A stretch of 64,000 nt of DNA, from assembly GCA_000091205.1 (NCBI GenBank), contig AP006491.2; one strand, given 5' to 3'. The notes under the pieces were generated by a model that was given only the letters and a program-made list of their open reading frames with translations, was not told where the DNA came from and did not search any database. Origin of the DNA: Cyanidioschyzon merolae. Lineage: Eukaryota. The stretch's first letter is position 1. Every line of letters starts with the position of its first letter. The position numbers and the translations under genes are program-made. Positions 34,920 through 46,962 of the stretch are shown piece after piece.

Positions 34920-35525
34920 GAAAGCGTCCATAACGCTCCACCTACCTCCAAGTTCCATTACTCATACCTCTTCTTGGATACACTGGTCACTTCGCACGTT
35001 CTTTCGCACTCCGAGTGCCCGCCCTGATCGTCCGCGATAGCGCTTATACCGCTGGTGCGGGTACAGCACAGAGTCAGAACGGCTTTGCCATACCACTGAG
35101 GATATCGGACCGAGGAATGCTTCACCTGACACGGAGTCGGGGCTCATAATCAATCTAGGAACGAGCAAGTTGTGCTGATAGCCTTACTGCTCGCAACAGC
35201 GCGATGCGATGTTACAGGAGCCCACTGTAACCAGGATGACCTCAGGACGCATTATACGCGCTCCGGGTCTAAGGATAAACTGCGTTTCGGACGAGTTTCT
35301 GCTCAGATCTCGCCACAGCACCCGCCAATCTGGAGAGCATAAAGCACGAACCTTGCAGACTCGTCCACATCGCGGGACCTTACGCCTAGAAGGTGAACTT
35401 TCGACCGTTCGGAAAGCTTTCCCCCTTCAATGCTTACCGTTCGAGGGGGAAAGAAATTGTTATCTCGTTGCTAGTTCGCGGCTCGTTTCTGTACTCTTTT
35501 TTCTGCGTTACGCTCGATCACAAAG
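34920..35525 (+). repeat. dispersed repeat family R3, copy E (~0.6 kb), ends ~10 bp before the ABCG start region
   Basis: Collinear with 52140..52730. Shared blocks: gtccgcgatagcgc.tata.cg, agcacga.cc.tggcagactcgt and a conserved hairpin (tcccccttcaatgcttaccgttcgaggggga, 35420..35450). The latter is matched by ttccccttttaatgtttaatgtagacggggaa at 52634..52665. Confidence 0.55.
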
Positions 35526-35663
35526 ATCGCGATGCGTACGAATTCGCGCGTGAGTGTCGAGCCTCCACGCACATGGCGGGTCAGCGTTTCAGTTTGCAGC
35601 TTCTTGTTCATAGTGCACATATCGGTGTGGAGGTTGGAGCAAAGTGTTTCTTGTTTTCGCTGG

Positions 35664-38345
35664 ATGGCGAAAACACAAGCGCGGCAAGGGCAGCGGAACG
35701 CGGGGACCGACACAGCGCAGGGTCTTGGTCAAACTGTCGCTCCAGCGGCGGAGCCCGAACCGAACGATGCTCGAGAAGCACCAGCTCCGCAGCTGGAGAC
35801 TTCTTTATATGATAACGACTGGACCCATCGAACACATGCACTCGATGTGTTACGGTGGCTTGGATTTGGTGACTCTGTTGAGGCGCGCAGGCTCCGACGG
35901 TCGTTTGTTGCGCGGAAGCGTTCGCACTCGCCGGGTCAGCAGCGAGCCGGCGCACCGCCTTCGGGCCAGAATCGTTTTGACGGTCACCGTCGGAGTGCCG
36001 AGGACTCTACCTTTGCAGATCTTGAGAACGCTCGCGACGCTGGCGCCGAAAGTTCGCCGCACTGTGTGCGATGTGGCACGGAGTATCACGGTGAGGTGAT
36101 CGTGCGCGACGTTACGTTCTGCGTGCCGAAGCGAGGCACGGGCTTCCTTCATCTTGGCTTCTGTGGCGCTGAGGTGGCGCCTTTGCTCGAGCACGTCTAC
36201 GCGTACTTTCCACCGGGCAAGCTGTCCGGCATTATGGGCCCTTCGGGTTCAGGGAAAACTACGCTCCTAAATCAGATCGGGGGACGCATCCGTACCCTGG
36301 GAGCGACCGTCGCCGGGGAGATTCTCATTGACGCACATCAAAGGCCGAAAAAGGCAAAACGCTTCGTCGGCTACTGTGAACAGAACGACGTCCTGCCCGG
36401 TGACTTAACCGTCCGAGAGGCGCTCTGGTACGCTGCCCAGTTGAAACTACCGGAGCACTTATCGGACGAGGAGCGTTGGCGACGCGTAGAAGAGGTAATT
36501 GAAATTCTGAGTCTCGAGAAAATAGCGGATCAGCGCATCGGCGCTGATAACGATCGACAAATCAGTGGCGGTCAGGCGAAGCGGGTCAGCATCGCACTGG
36601 AAGTCATTGGCGATCCCCCAATATTCCTTGCTGACGAGCCAACGAGTGGGCAGGATACGCGCACCGCTTACTCTGTATGCCAAGCTTTACAGAATGTGGC
36701 ACACATCGGAGGCCAAACGGTCATTGCGACGATTCACCAGCCCTCGGTGGATGCCTGGGCCCTCTTCGATAATTTGGTGATCCTGGCGGCAGGTCGGGTG
36801 CTGTACAGTGGACGCGCGCAGCGTTTCCGCGACTACCTTATGCGAATAGAATTCCCGATTCCGGACAACCTCCATATAGCTCTACCTGACTACTTTATTG
36901 CCGTTGGTGTCAAGGCCGAAAAGAAGGAGCATCGCCTGAAAGGCAAAGGAGCAAGGAACTTTGATGACGAACAGGAGGACGAGGATCAGGACTTCGAAGG
37001 TGATGGTAACGACAACACCGTACAAGGCAATTTTGCTGAAATGAACATAACGGCCCACAAAAGATCCACTCGCGGTCAGCGTCGTGCGAAAACCTGGATA
37101 TCGGGGCTCACGCTTCCCTTTGCTGCACAGGAGTCAAGTCTGCGGTCCAGACGAATGACACGTGAGCGCAGTTGTACAGCATCAAACATGGACAACATTG
37201 CCGAGGTAGCTCGCCGCACCTTCGAGCAGCGTCAATTGTCCCATTATTCCGCAGTGAACGCTAGTCTGCCAGAGGAACACGAGCGAGCCATCAGGCAACG
37301 CACTGATGGCGACGACGCCCTCGTCGAGTCGATACTCGAGCGGCAGCGCTCTCAGTCACCAATGATGACATTTCGCCGCACCCCACAGGAATGGCGTGAG
37401 ATCTGGGAGCAGACTACCGAATACAAACGCCTTCGCTATGTTGCTGAGAGCCGCGCGAAATGCCTCGGGGAGTGCGGACTGCCGTACGCGTTCGGTGAAC
37501 CGACGTACATCACGAGCTGGTGGCGACAATTCCGGACGCTAACGGTACGCGCGTTTCAAGGCGAGGCGACGTCGCCACGTTTTCTCGCTTATCGCCTCAT
37601 CCTGGTGATCCTCGTGAATCCCGCAGGTCTGGCTACGATTTTTTGGCCTGCTCTGCGGCATCATTCGTCGTTGGCTCAGAACACTGCAGCAGCATCCTTT
37701 GTCGTGGCTGTCGCCAGTTGCATGGCGATTATGCGCACCTCCGTCGCGTTTTTGGAAGGGCGTGCGCTCATGTATCGTGAACGCTCTAGCGGTGCGTATC
37801 GCTCCTCCGCGCATTACCTGTCGACAATCGCCATGGAGGCACCGTTCAACGTATTAACCGCGATTGTTTTCTCCATTCTGGACTACTGGGCATTTGGTTA
37901 CCGCAAGAACGTCGGAGCGTTCTTTTTCTTCCTTTTCATCGTATACTTGAGCAATGCTTGTGCAGTGGGTATTGGACAGGGCCTGGCAGCGATTGCCCCG
38001 GACATAACGTTCGCATCGTCCTTTGCACCGGTTGTCTACATGACGTTTGCGGTTCTCGCGGGCTATCTGCTGCCACAGAGCCTCATCCCAATTTACTGGA
38101 AAGTTCTTCTGTACTACGCGAATCCGATCAGCTGGGCGTTTCGAGCGATCCTTCTGAATGAGTGGCAGCCGTACCTGGACGGAGCAACGCCGCCACCCTA
38201 CTTAGACTATCGTTCGGAACTGCGAACGCTTGGTTTGGAAAATCAGAGCAGATGGACAAGTGTCTACGTGTTGGTGGGCATTTATGCCGGCGCACGGCTC
38301 GTGACCTACGTCTTTCAGCGTTTCCTGAAATACGCCCATAACTAG
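35664..38345 (+). CDS. ABC transporter, G family (White-type half transporter: NBD then TMD)
   Basis: Walker A GIMGPSGSGKTTLLNQIGG, ABC signature plus Walker B ISGGQAKRVSIALEVIGDPPIFLADEPTSGQD, H-loop ATIHQPS, then an ABC2-type 6-TM domain. The ORF opens at ATG 35532 but has a hydrophobic leader. ATG 35664 (MAKTQARQGQ...) is the more plausible start. There is an unusually long acidic/basic linker between the NBD and TMD (~36950-37450). TAG stop. Confidence 0.9.
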   Translation: MAKTQARQGQRNAGTDTAQGLGQTVAPAAEPEPNDAREAPAPQLETSLYDNDWTHRTHALDVLRWLGFGDSVEARRLRRSFVARKRSHSPGQQRAGAPPSGQNRFDGHRRSAEDSTFADLENARDAGAESSPHCVRCGTEYHGEVIVRDVTFCVPKRGTGFLHLGFCGAEVAPLLEHVYAYFPPGKLSGIMGPSGSGKTTLLNQIGGRIRTLGATVAGEILIDAHQRPKKAKRFVGYCEQNDVLPGDLTVREALWYAAQLKLPEHLSDEERWRRVEEVIEILSLEKIADQRIGADNDRQISGGQAKRVSIALEVIGDPPIFLADEPTSGQDTRTAYSVCQALQNVAHIGGQTVIATIHQPSVDAWALFDNLVILAAGRVLYSGRAQRFRDYLMRIEFPIPDNLHIALPDYFIAVGVKAEKKEHRLKGKGARNFDDEQEDEDQDFEGDGNDNTVQGNFAEMNITAHKRSTRGQRRAKTWISGLTLPFAAQESSLRSRRMTRERSCTASNMDNIAEVARRTFEQRQLSHYSAVNASLPEEHERAIRQRTDGDDALVESILERQRSQSPMMTFRRTPQEWREIWEQTTEYKRLRYVAESRAKCLGECGLPYAFGEPTYITSWWRQFRTLTVRAFQGEATSPRFLAYRLILVILVNPAGLATIFWPALRHHSSLAQNTAAASFVVAVASCMAIMRTSVAFLEGRALMYRERSSGAYRSSAHYLSTIAMEAPFNVLTAIVFSILDYWAFGYRKNVGAFFFFLFIVYLSNACAVGIGQGLAAIAPDITFASSFAPVVYMTFAVLAGYLLPQSLIPIYWKVLLYYANPISWAFRAILLNEWQPYLDGATPPPYLDYRSELRTLGLENQSRWTSVYVLVGIYAGARLVTYVFQRFLKYAHN

Positions 38346-39029
38346 AGATAATACGGGGTATGCAAGGGCGCGCCAGCGCGGCCCCTGCGGGCGCGTAACG
38401 CCGACGACTGCAACGAACAGTGTACCAGGTGCTGCAGTGGCGACTGAGCTGAGCATTTCGAAAGAGACGCCAAACAAGTTTGACCGATGCTGCAGTTTCA
38501 CACAGAGCAGTTATTTGGTTTCAAAGGAAACGAACAAGACCCGAGGCTGCAGGCAAAGTGAACGTGACTGCAGGCGGTTGCCGTAACTCGTGGAAACAAG
38601 CCGCTTCAGCACGGTTCGGAGACGCGTATCATTTCGTCCTTTGGGGATTGCGGTAAAAGACGCGTCCTAGTCTTGTAGGCATAGCATATGCGTACAGTTC
38701 GAACACAAATGTAAATGCATCCCTACTGACTCTGTGGGAAAGGCATCGACTGATTCATGCAAGCTCTCCCCTGAGGAACGTTCAGGTTCGAAGCGGTGCT
38801 CGCAGGGATCCGGACTCGAACACCGACGAATGCAGTCGGGCGTCAAGCGTTTGTGTCGGATCCCGCCCTCCGAAAGATTCTGTATAACGTTTGATCCGGT
38901 TTGGAGCCTGCTCTGTTTTTCGCAACCATGACGTACCAGTGGATGTCAGACGCAAGATCGGAATCGAAGAGCATCTAGGTTGCACGTGCGCAAGGCGGCA
39001 AGGGATCGTCGGCGTCCTCTTCACACACA

Positions 39030-40300
39030 TGACAGGTTCAGGTCGAATGGGTCTACGATCCTAACTCGCGGGTAGACTCGAAAATGCTGCTCTCTGTCTG
39101 TCTCGATCAACACCAGCCTTTACGAGATTTTGCTGTGACTGTTTCTTGATCTCGCTCTCGAACCTTTGGCTTTCATTACGCATGGCTCTTATGACATGCC
39201 GGGTCCGCTGTTAGTAGTTAAAAGATGTTGACTGCAGCAACAGTTTAGATTTCGGTGCTTCTGGTTGTTGTCGAAGCATTTGATTCACAGGCGCAAGTCG
39301 CGATCTCAGCATCGCTTGCCATGTTCATCTTCTTTGTATACAGACGTGGTACGCACTTCGTAGCGATAAAACTTGGGTATCTTCAGGTATTCCTTTTTCG
39401 CTGGCACATCACATGCTCCGAAGGCTGCACTGCAACGCTTGAACGTTTGCTTCATCTCTTGGTACATGTCCATGACGGGTACAGGGCAATGCCCTCGATA
39501 TTCTCATTAGAGTCCGCGCCCGGTGCCGCACCCAGTGATTACGGGCCTGTTCCTGGCGATACCGTCGGCGAGTGCTCTGGGCGCTACACTTGCAGGTACA
39601 CGCTGTCCCATTCGACAGACGATTCGTGAGACGCGATATTGCCCATGATAAAACAAGCACCGGAGAGGAAGTCCAGGATGCGGCTCAAGTCGAGAGATTT
39701 CGATCCATATACGCCTCCTTTCTGCAAAGTCGTGATGCATTCTCCACTGCAAGCGAGCGCTGTGATATCTAGGTCCGAGTCCGAGAACTTGCCACGTACA
39801 AAGAGAAGAGAGAGACGAATATCCAGGAGCGCGTTCTATGACAGGTGCCATGCTGCTTCGGAATGGTGTCTTGTCGATAGTGACGCAGACCTGAAGACAT
39901 GACTTTCGAACGGAATCGATTATTTGATGTGACACGCTCAGCGAACTTTCAGCATGAGCTTGTGACGGATTCGTCGAGGGACGACATCGATCTTTCTCGT
40001 CGTCAGTCCAATGTTGTGCATAATCGCCTCTGCGGATTGCCTTTAACACAGAAGGATTGAAACTTCAAGAATGTTTGATTTAAGCACTCTGCGTCTGAGT
40101 AACAGGGAAGAGTGGAGGCTTGTACGCACAGATTGGAGAAAAATCGTTCCAGGTACGAGCCTTGTTCACGGGCATCGCGATTGATCCTGATTCCGGTGAC
40201 GTAACCAGTTCCAGTGTGAAAGCGTCAAATGAGGTACTCCGAAAGCACTACCGAGCATCCTAAATCTATAAAAAAGTCTGCAAGTCCTTGGTACGAGACT
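39030..40300 (+). repeat. dispersed repeat family R2, copy 2
   Basis: See the R2 copy 1 evidence. Core ATCAACACCAGCCTTTACGAG at 39104. ttcgaacggaatcgattatttgat at ~39910. Confidence 0.55.
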
Positions 40301-40899
40301 GCGAACGTCGAGACAGTCCATCTAAACTAATTTCGGAGAGAATTCCAAGTTAGGAACAGAGCCATTCGTTGTGTGTTCTACATAGGTCTGATGCGCTCTC
40401 TACAGTACCTGGGTGGCCCGCTTACAAAGCAGGTGCTACTTCACCAGAGACACGTTAGCCTAGATGTTGACTTTGTGAGGACGCGGAGCTGTAATGCAAC
40501 TCGGCCGGTCATGCAAGCGGGGCCTGGGAATCCACCCATTTTATCGGTAGAATGACCTCAGCATGTGCCGAGACTTTCCATCACAACTTCTGTCTGTCGC
40601 ACGTTCCCGAATGCCTGTATTCATTCATTCATCCATTTTCACGGTATAACGCCCTCATCTTGGGCTAAATGTTTCCAAAGCAAACTGCGTCAGCTGCGCA
40701 CTCCAGAGAGTCTGTATCCGCGTTGCATGTTGCGTTCGTGTGGAGCCGTTCGCGCCAAGCGCCCCTCTCAAGTTATTGTCATTGTTGTTATTGTTGCCAC
40801 CTGACTCTGGAGACTTCGTTTGCGTGCAGCCCTCGGTTTTCCGGGATGGGGCACTCCACCATCGTGGCTGTTGCGATCGGCGCTGCTGCTTCGCGCTAG

Positions 40900-42417
40900 T
40901 CACTGCCTCCGCAACAAGAGCATAGACGGTGTGCCAAGATGGGTCGGAACGAAGAGCCAAGAATACCGCGCTGCGCTTATGACCACCACCGCTACCCCCA
41001 AGGCAACCATGCTCGAAAGCAGCAAGAGACTCGCGCTGCTGACGCACGGTCGCTGCAGCAGCAACGACCTGGCTTTGCCGCTACCGCCACCAACACTGTA
41101 AACGGATGCCGAGGCCCAAGTGCTCTCGGCAGCAGCACTTATTGCTAGACTCTTGAGCGTGGAAACTTTGGAATGTGCCGCATCGGGCACCTTCGATACC
41201 CAAAATCCGTTTCCATGTTGGCGCTCTGGAACTCCTTTCCTGTTCGCGCCTGTATCGACTGAAGCAGCGGCGGCGGCGGCGACAGCGGCTGGATCCATTC
41301 GTACGGTGGAGCGCATTCTCCGATACCGAAAGAGCGTCGCAAACAAGTGGATGCGGGCCACCTGGAATATCTCATCACCGCTGCGCAAGTCCAGCATGGC
41401 CGCACAGAAGCGGTTACAGCGCTCGTCGCGATAGCGACTTGTCGGTAAGCCGTCGGCCTTGATGAAGACGGCAGCCCCGCCGCCCGCTGCCTGGTTACTA
41501 CCACGTACAACGAAAACACCATCATCGAAGACGGCGTTCCTGCTGCAACCGAATTCGTCTCGATACCTGGAGAGGATAAAACGTGCAATATCCACGTGGA
41601 AGGTCGAACGCGGAATCCGTCCCAAATAGTCGGGGAAGGCGTCCAAGAAGTAGTCGCAGACAGCCCCGATTCCGGCAGGCGACGCGCCAATATTCGTAAC
41701 GGTGAAAGTGCATCTCCGCTGGTTCAGAAGTGGCAGCATCAAACACTTGCTGAAGACTGGTGACTGTATCCGGCGCCCGCGATGCTTCATAGAGATCATG
41801 GTGAGCCCGAGATGGATGACAAAGGGGTACGCTCCGTGTGCGCCTCTTTCGGAGCCCAGGCCAGACGTGTCCAGATACACCATTGCGGTGAAGGCGCACG
41901 GTTCACCGTCAGGAGCGAATGCAACCGTCACAATACGATTAGCGAGTGCTGCACGCGGTCTAGGCCCAAATACACCGTAACTCGGGAGTGCGTCCATGGA
42001 ATTGCGTCCAACGTGCTCGATCAGGCGAACGAGCGCGCTGAGCTCACGGTTGGTCATCCATCGCCCCGGCTGGTCGTATGTGCAGGTTCGATACCCAGCT
42101 TGCAACGTTGAGTGCCAGGCTAACACCAGCGGGTCACGCAAGTACCCTAACCTTGTCCGAAATTGACGTGCGTTATCTGCGAGGACGACATCAGTGCCAA
42201 ATATTTTCAGCAAGAACTGCGCAAGAACTAAAGCCGTTTTTCTCCATTCGCGCACAAGAGCAGTATGCTTCAAATCGAGAAATAGTACGGCGAGAATCGG
42301 AGATGAAGCGATCGCAAGTGTGCCTCCTAGCAGGAGCCGAAGACACCACCAGAGGAGCCAAAGCGCAGCGCGTCTTCCCTGGCAGGCCTCAACGCGCTCT
42401 GAAGATAACGATAGCAT
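40900..42417 (-). CDS. hypothetical membrane protein (~505 aa) with N- and C-terminal hydrophobic helices
   Basis: The track start is a TTG (42438). The first ATG is at 42417 (MLSLSSERVEACQGRRAALWLLWWCLRLLLGG...). There is a long, non-repetitive, protein-like ORF. The C-terminus ends in a helix LLLLSSMVALGVAVVVISAARYSWLFV. No family recognised. Confidence 0.5.
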   Translation of the reverse strand: MLSLSSERVEACQGRRAALWLLWWCLRLLLGGTLAIASSPILAVLFLDLKHTALVREWRKTALVLAQFLLKIFGTDVVLADNARQFRTRLGYLRDPLVLAWHSTLQAGYRTCTYDQPGRWMTNRELSALVRLIEHVGRNSMDALPSYGVFGPRPRAALANRIVTVAFAPDGEPCAFTAMVYLDTSGLGSERGAHGAYPFVIHLGLTMISMKHRGRRIQSPVFSKCLMLPLLNQRRCTFTVTNIGASPAGIGAVCDYFLDAFPDYLGRIPRSTFHVDIARFILSRYRDEFGCSRNAVFDDGVFVVRGSNQAAGGGAAVFIKADGLPTSRYRDERCNRFCAAMLDLRSGDEIFQVARIHLFATLFRYRRMRSTVRMDPAAVAAAAAASVDTGANRKGVPERQHGNGFWVSKVPDAAHSKVSTLKSLAISAAAESTWASASVYSVGGGSGKARSLLLQRPCVSSASLLLLSSMVALGVAVVVISAARYSWLFVPTHLGTPSMLLLRRQ

Positions 42418-42754
42418 GAAACGTTCTTTGCTATCCAAGGTCTTGTTCTAGTGCATGCAGGTCAATACCAAACCGTGCACGAATTTTGTCGAGCGCGTAG
42501 TACCTGATACAGCATAGGCACGAAACACGATACATGTAGAATCTTACGTTTCTTGGAAGCGATGTAGGATGTCCACGCGCGAACTCCGTTGCCGGCGGGA
42601 ATCTGGAGAATCTCCCGCATCCGCCCTGAGGCGTGCGCTGGCGTAAACGCGCCGCTCCGAATTCTTCCTGATCGATAGCTCGTTGACAAGAGCCGGAGAT
42701 CCCCAATTATGACCATGATTTCATCGATTGGAGAAGCATCCATCGTTTGGGGAC

Positions 42755-43138
42755 CTAGCTCCAAGCGCCGTTCCATGTGCTCAGCAAAATGGAAAACGTG
42801 TCGCGATCATACGGTAAATGAATACCGATGTGGAGGCGGATTCTAGTCGTTTTCGACCGGCCCATTGCTATCGACTTCAGCTTATCTTTGCATTCATCGA
42901 GTCTGAGAGGTTGCCCCACAAAGTTCGCTCGTGTTTGTTCCTCGGGCCTCGTCTTGAACACCGCACATCTCCTGGTATTGATGGTAGGGTTAAAGTCTTG
43001 GTTTACGAACTGCATGCATTCAATGACGCTTATTGATCGCACCGGTGCAAAGAGTCCTCGAACCGGTATCCTCTGTGCCACGACACTCTCGTTATTGTCC
43101 CGTCGGCAAAGCACCTCTTCTCGCGTATCTCCCCTCAT
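42755..43138 (-). pseudogene. degenerate fragment of a Fanzor/TnpB-like RuvC nuclease gene (second copy)
   Basis: The translation ...IECMQFVNQDFNPTINTRRCAVFKTRPEEQTRANFVGQPLRLDECKDKLKS... aligns with the RuvC-III region of the 55135..56133 ORF (EFVNRDFNAVINLRRCAVLEKRSPDSTRGNFVGQPIQVELYEKKLEA). The catalytic R-D is changed to Q-D. The upstream parts of the gene are missing or unrecognisable. Confidence 0.55.
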
Positions 43139-43479
43139 GTTGTTCTCCTGCGCCGCTTGCGCTTCTCTGTTCGCTGGTCAGCGAGAGGAGGATTTTTCGT
43201 TTTTTCTTCGACAGCCCGACAAGGCTGCCTTCCAGGATCCCCGACCGACGAACCCAATCCTTTCCCCAGGATTTTTGTTTTTTCAAATGAACACCCTACT
43301 AACGCATCAGCTATAACCACGAAAAAGCATTCGATGGCTTGCATTTAGGGGCGGAACACAGCTGAGGTGAAAGACAAAACACGGCAGATGGTGCCACTGC
43401 CAGACGTACGCGAGAGGCGTCACGGTTTCACTGGACGCCACGGATCACAGCTTCGTATGATCTTTCAACTCATTTTTGT

Positions 43480-44360
43480 TTCACCCGAGCTGTGGTGAAT
43501 AGCAGGAGATAAAAATCACGATGCCATCTACCCTGTAGATCGTAGGCGATTTGGCTATAGGATAGCTTCTTTAATGAACAGTGGAAGGAGGACTGCTTTC
43601 CTCCTTCAGGTCAGTCATACGACGGTTCGCAGATAGCTGAGGAGCACTGAAAGAAAGAAACAAATAGATGCGCTCCGCGCCAAAAAAAACCGGTACTTTC
43701 AAGGCGTGCTTGCGGTCAAAGGAAGAAAACGATCCGCTGATCGCCTTAGTGAAAGCAAAAGCGACGGTAATAGCCACCACGGGCGTCTGTATTACTCAGA
43801 AACTTATTTGTGTGATCCTGAAACCACTGGAATATGGTAGGAATAGAGTCCAATCTCATTCACGGCCATCTTCCATCGAAATCGCAAATATCGCATTCCT
43901 GGAACGTCGCGACCGGTATGAAGCAAAGTGAAGTGGGTTTGTTTTCTCACTCGATGAACCTTTATTCTGGCGATACGCTCGGAGCGTATGTGGGTACTCG
44001 CGGAGCAGGGAGCCCATTGTATGTGCGGTCGAATTCGAAGAAAACGAGGGCATCGTCTGTTCTAGCGGCGATGGATTCATTCGGAAGTCTCAGTTTCGCT
44101 CGTGGAAAAGGTGCATACCACAGCAGAGACCACGTTGTCGAATCGTTGAACAATTTTCCCATGACGTCTACTTACTTTCTTCTATTATACAACGTCGCAT
44201 TTCAGCATTCCGCTTGCGTCCGAGCTTTGTCGATGCTATCAGAATAAAGTTACTTCTCATTCCTCCATACTATCCGTGATTCAAGCTCATTGAAGGAGAG
44301 TTTTCTATCGTAAAATATGTTGATCGCTCCACTAGGCGAACCGCTGAGGGTGTCACCTTA
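43480..44360 (+). repeat. dispersed repeat family R1, copy B
   Basis: See the R1 copy A evidence. Confidence 0.6.
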
Positions 44361-44849
44361 CAGTGAAACCGGTGCATTTTTTCGTCTTTCTTATGCAAAT
44401 CCTAGTCCCTCCGTGTAGGTCCTCACACAACGGCATCAACAATTGCTTTCATTTTAAAAAATAAGGAATGAGCATGAATGCACAATTCAGGAGATCGGAA
44501 TGCAGAAAAGCCAGCGGAGCGCTGACAGAGCAGCAAATGATACTGAGAGCGCGAGTTCGAGGACTCCTTGCACTAATGAGTTCAGAAAACGCCTAGAAAT
44601 GGAGGGAGGTAGCGAACCGAGACTTTAACACCGCCACTAATATCAGGACATGTGCGATGCTGACGACGATACCCGAGATGCTGAGGCGATCTAGTTTTGT
44701 GAGACAGCCTCTCAGGGTTAGAGCGTACAAGGAGAAGCGAAAACCGATAGCAAGCGGCTGGTCAAGAAACGTCGGGAGGCACCTGCGAGTGGGTAGATAT
44801 ACTTACTCTCTATCATTGTGAAGCGTTTTTTTGTTTCACTGACGATCTC

Positions 44850-46200
44850 TGCACATCATTCACCCATATAAGAATCAAATCGAACGGGTCTGCGGACACG
44901 GGCAAACACACTAAAATTCCGAGTCTCTTCCATCTGTGATGAACACCAGCATCTGCGAGGTTTTTCCTCATCAATCTCCGTTTCCCGTCTCGTATTCCTC
45001 GAGTTACGTACGCGAGTCTCTCCTGCTCTTCCAGCTCCGTGGTAAGCAGTCGAGGGGCGTTGATGGCACTGTGCAAGCCCCGATACCACAGCTTCTAGCG
45101 CTTGTCTACGCATTCTGTCCACGAGCCAAATTTGCAAGATACGCCTCGATTGCCAATTTCATCTCCTTTGTAAAGAGCATTGGTGCGTCCTTCGTGGCGG
45201 TAACGCTTTGCCATGGCCAGATGCGCCCATGTCTCCACCAGAGCTCCTCCGAGAGCGGACCTGTGAGATGTGAACGCTTGCTGCGTCGCTCAGCTCATGC
45301 CCTGGATGGCTAGAGAAGGATTCGTTCGATGTCCTTCTCCGTTTTCGTGCCTGATGCCGTACCCTACGATCACGAGCTTCTTGCACCCGATCCCTTTGGC
45401 AAGCACGCTGCCCGCTGCATGCCCATGCGCATGCTCTTCCCTTTGGTAGAGGATTTCTGGAACGCGGTGTTGCTCTTGATGATACAAGGCCTGGAAGGAA
45501 AATCCAGGCTGGAGGAATACATTCGGAAGTTTTAGATTTTTCGGCGCTCCCTCGATGCCAAAGCAGTAAGGCGCGCTCCATTGGAGGCGATTCCTGCGAT
45601 GACTCACGTCCGAGTCCAAGACCTTTTCCCATGCAACAGAACGGACAGGAGCCTCTGTTAGCATGTTCCGTGAGAAGTATCATGGCGCTTCGTCGATCGC
45701 CACAAAAATGGAAAAATTCGTGTTTCGAACGGAATCAATACATTTCCATGAGAAGCCATGTGAAAGCTCCGCATGATCTTACGAAGAATTCTTCAACAGT
45801 TGATGTCGAATTTTTTTGCTCGTCAGTCCATCGGCGCGAATGAATGAATGAACCCACGAGTTGCCTTGAAATCGAACGTTTTATGAACTGGAGAATGCGT
45901 GATCCGAGTATGCTAAACGTAAGGAATGGAGCAGCGTGGTGGTTTGTGCTCTAGAGTTGGGTGAGGAAAAAATCGTTTCCTTTTTCGAGTCCTCGTTCGA
46001 GAGCCTCGTGGTCCAACTTGATTTCGGTGACGTAACGAATTCCTGCGACACAGCGTCGAAAGAGCCATCCCGAAAACACGACCGAGACTCATGATGCTGC
46101 ATATGAAACCGTGCGCCCCTATTACTGCAACTTGAATCTCGAGGCCGTCCAGAAAAATTTCGAAAAAATCTCAAGTCAGGAACCGAGCAAGCACTTTAGT
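44850..46200 (+). repeat. dispersed repeat family R2, copy 3
   Basis: See the R2 copy 1 evidence. Core atgaacaccagcatctgcgag at 44934. aaaaatctcaagtcaggaaccgagcaagca at ~46165. Confidence 0.55.
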
Positions 46201-46962
46201 GCTCCATTTTCAGCTAACACAAGTGCTAAGCAGGGCGTGCCGACGCTGGAGCAGTGCGCACACCCACGGACAATGCGAGAAGCGAACGCTGTGGGCTCTT
46301 TCCAGCGCTACTGCGAGCGCACTGGGCAGTCGCTATTGCCGCACCTCACACTGTATACAAGCGACCTGGACGGACGTACACGCAACTTCCAGAAAACGTA
46401 CACTTGGGGCGTTGGATGGGTGCCCGTCACCAGCGGTGTGTAGCGGCTCAAGCTGAGCCTAGTCCTGGGAACGCCAGACGCATTCGCAGCGGAGACTCTA
46501 TGCGTACCGCTACCGCTCGTTTCTTCCCAGCGATGACTGATCAAGCCGCGGCACTGCGACGCCGGCTGACGAGACCCCAGCGCTCCCAACTCTGGTTCAA
46601 ATGCCAAAGCGGGCTATGAACCTCATACCGGGCAGTGCCAGTCTGGTTCCTGCTGGCATTCCAAAGGCCTCCTTCTCCGCGCTAGTGTGTTCTATCTTTC
46701 CCCACGCACACTAGTCATCTCTGCTCTCCTGACCGGAACGCTCGATCGCTTGAGCGCAAGCAGCAACCAACAGCGTACCCGCTCCTTTTCAGCACGTGAC
46801 AGTAGCGTTTCTGACACCAAGCGGCTATGTTCGCTCTTCCTCCAGCAACCGACAGTCCACGGGCTGTTCGGGTCAGAAGCGCGCACAGCGAGGAATCCGC
46901 TTTGCCGATGCGCTGTGGTGTTCGCGCGAGCTAACACAAGTACATAGATCGAGCTTCGATAC

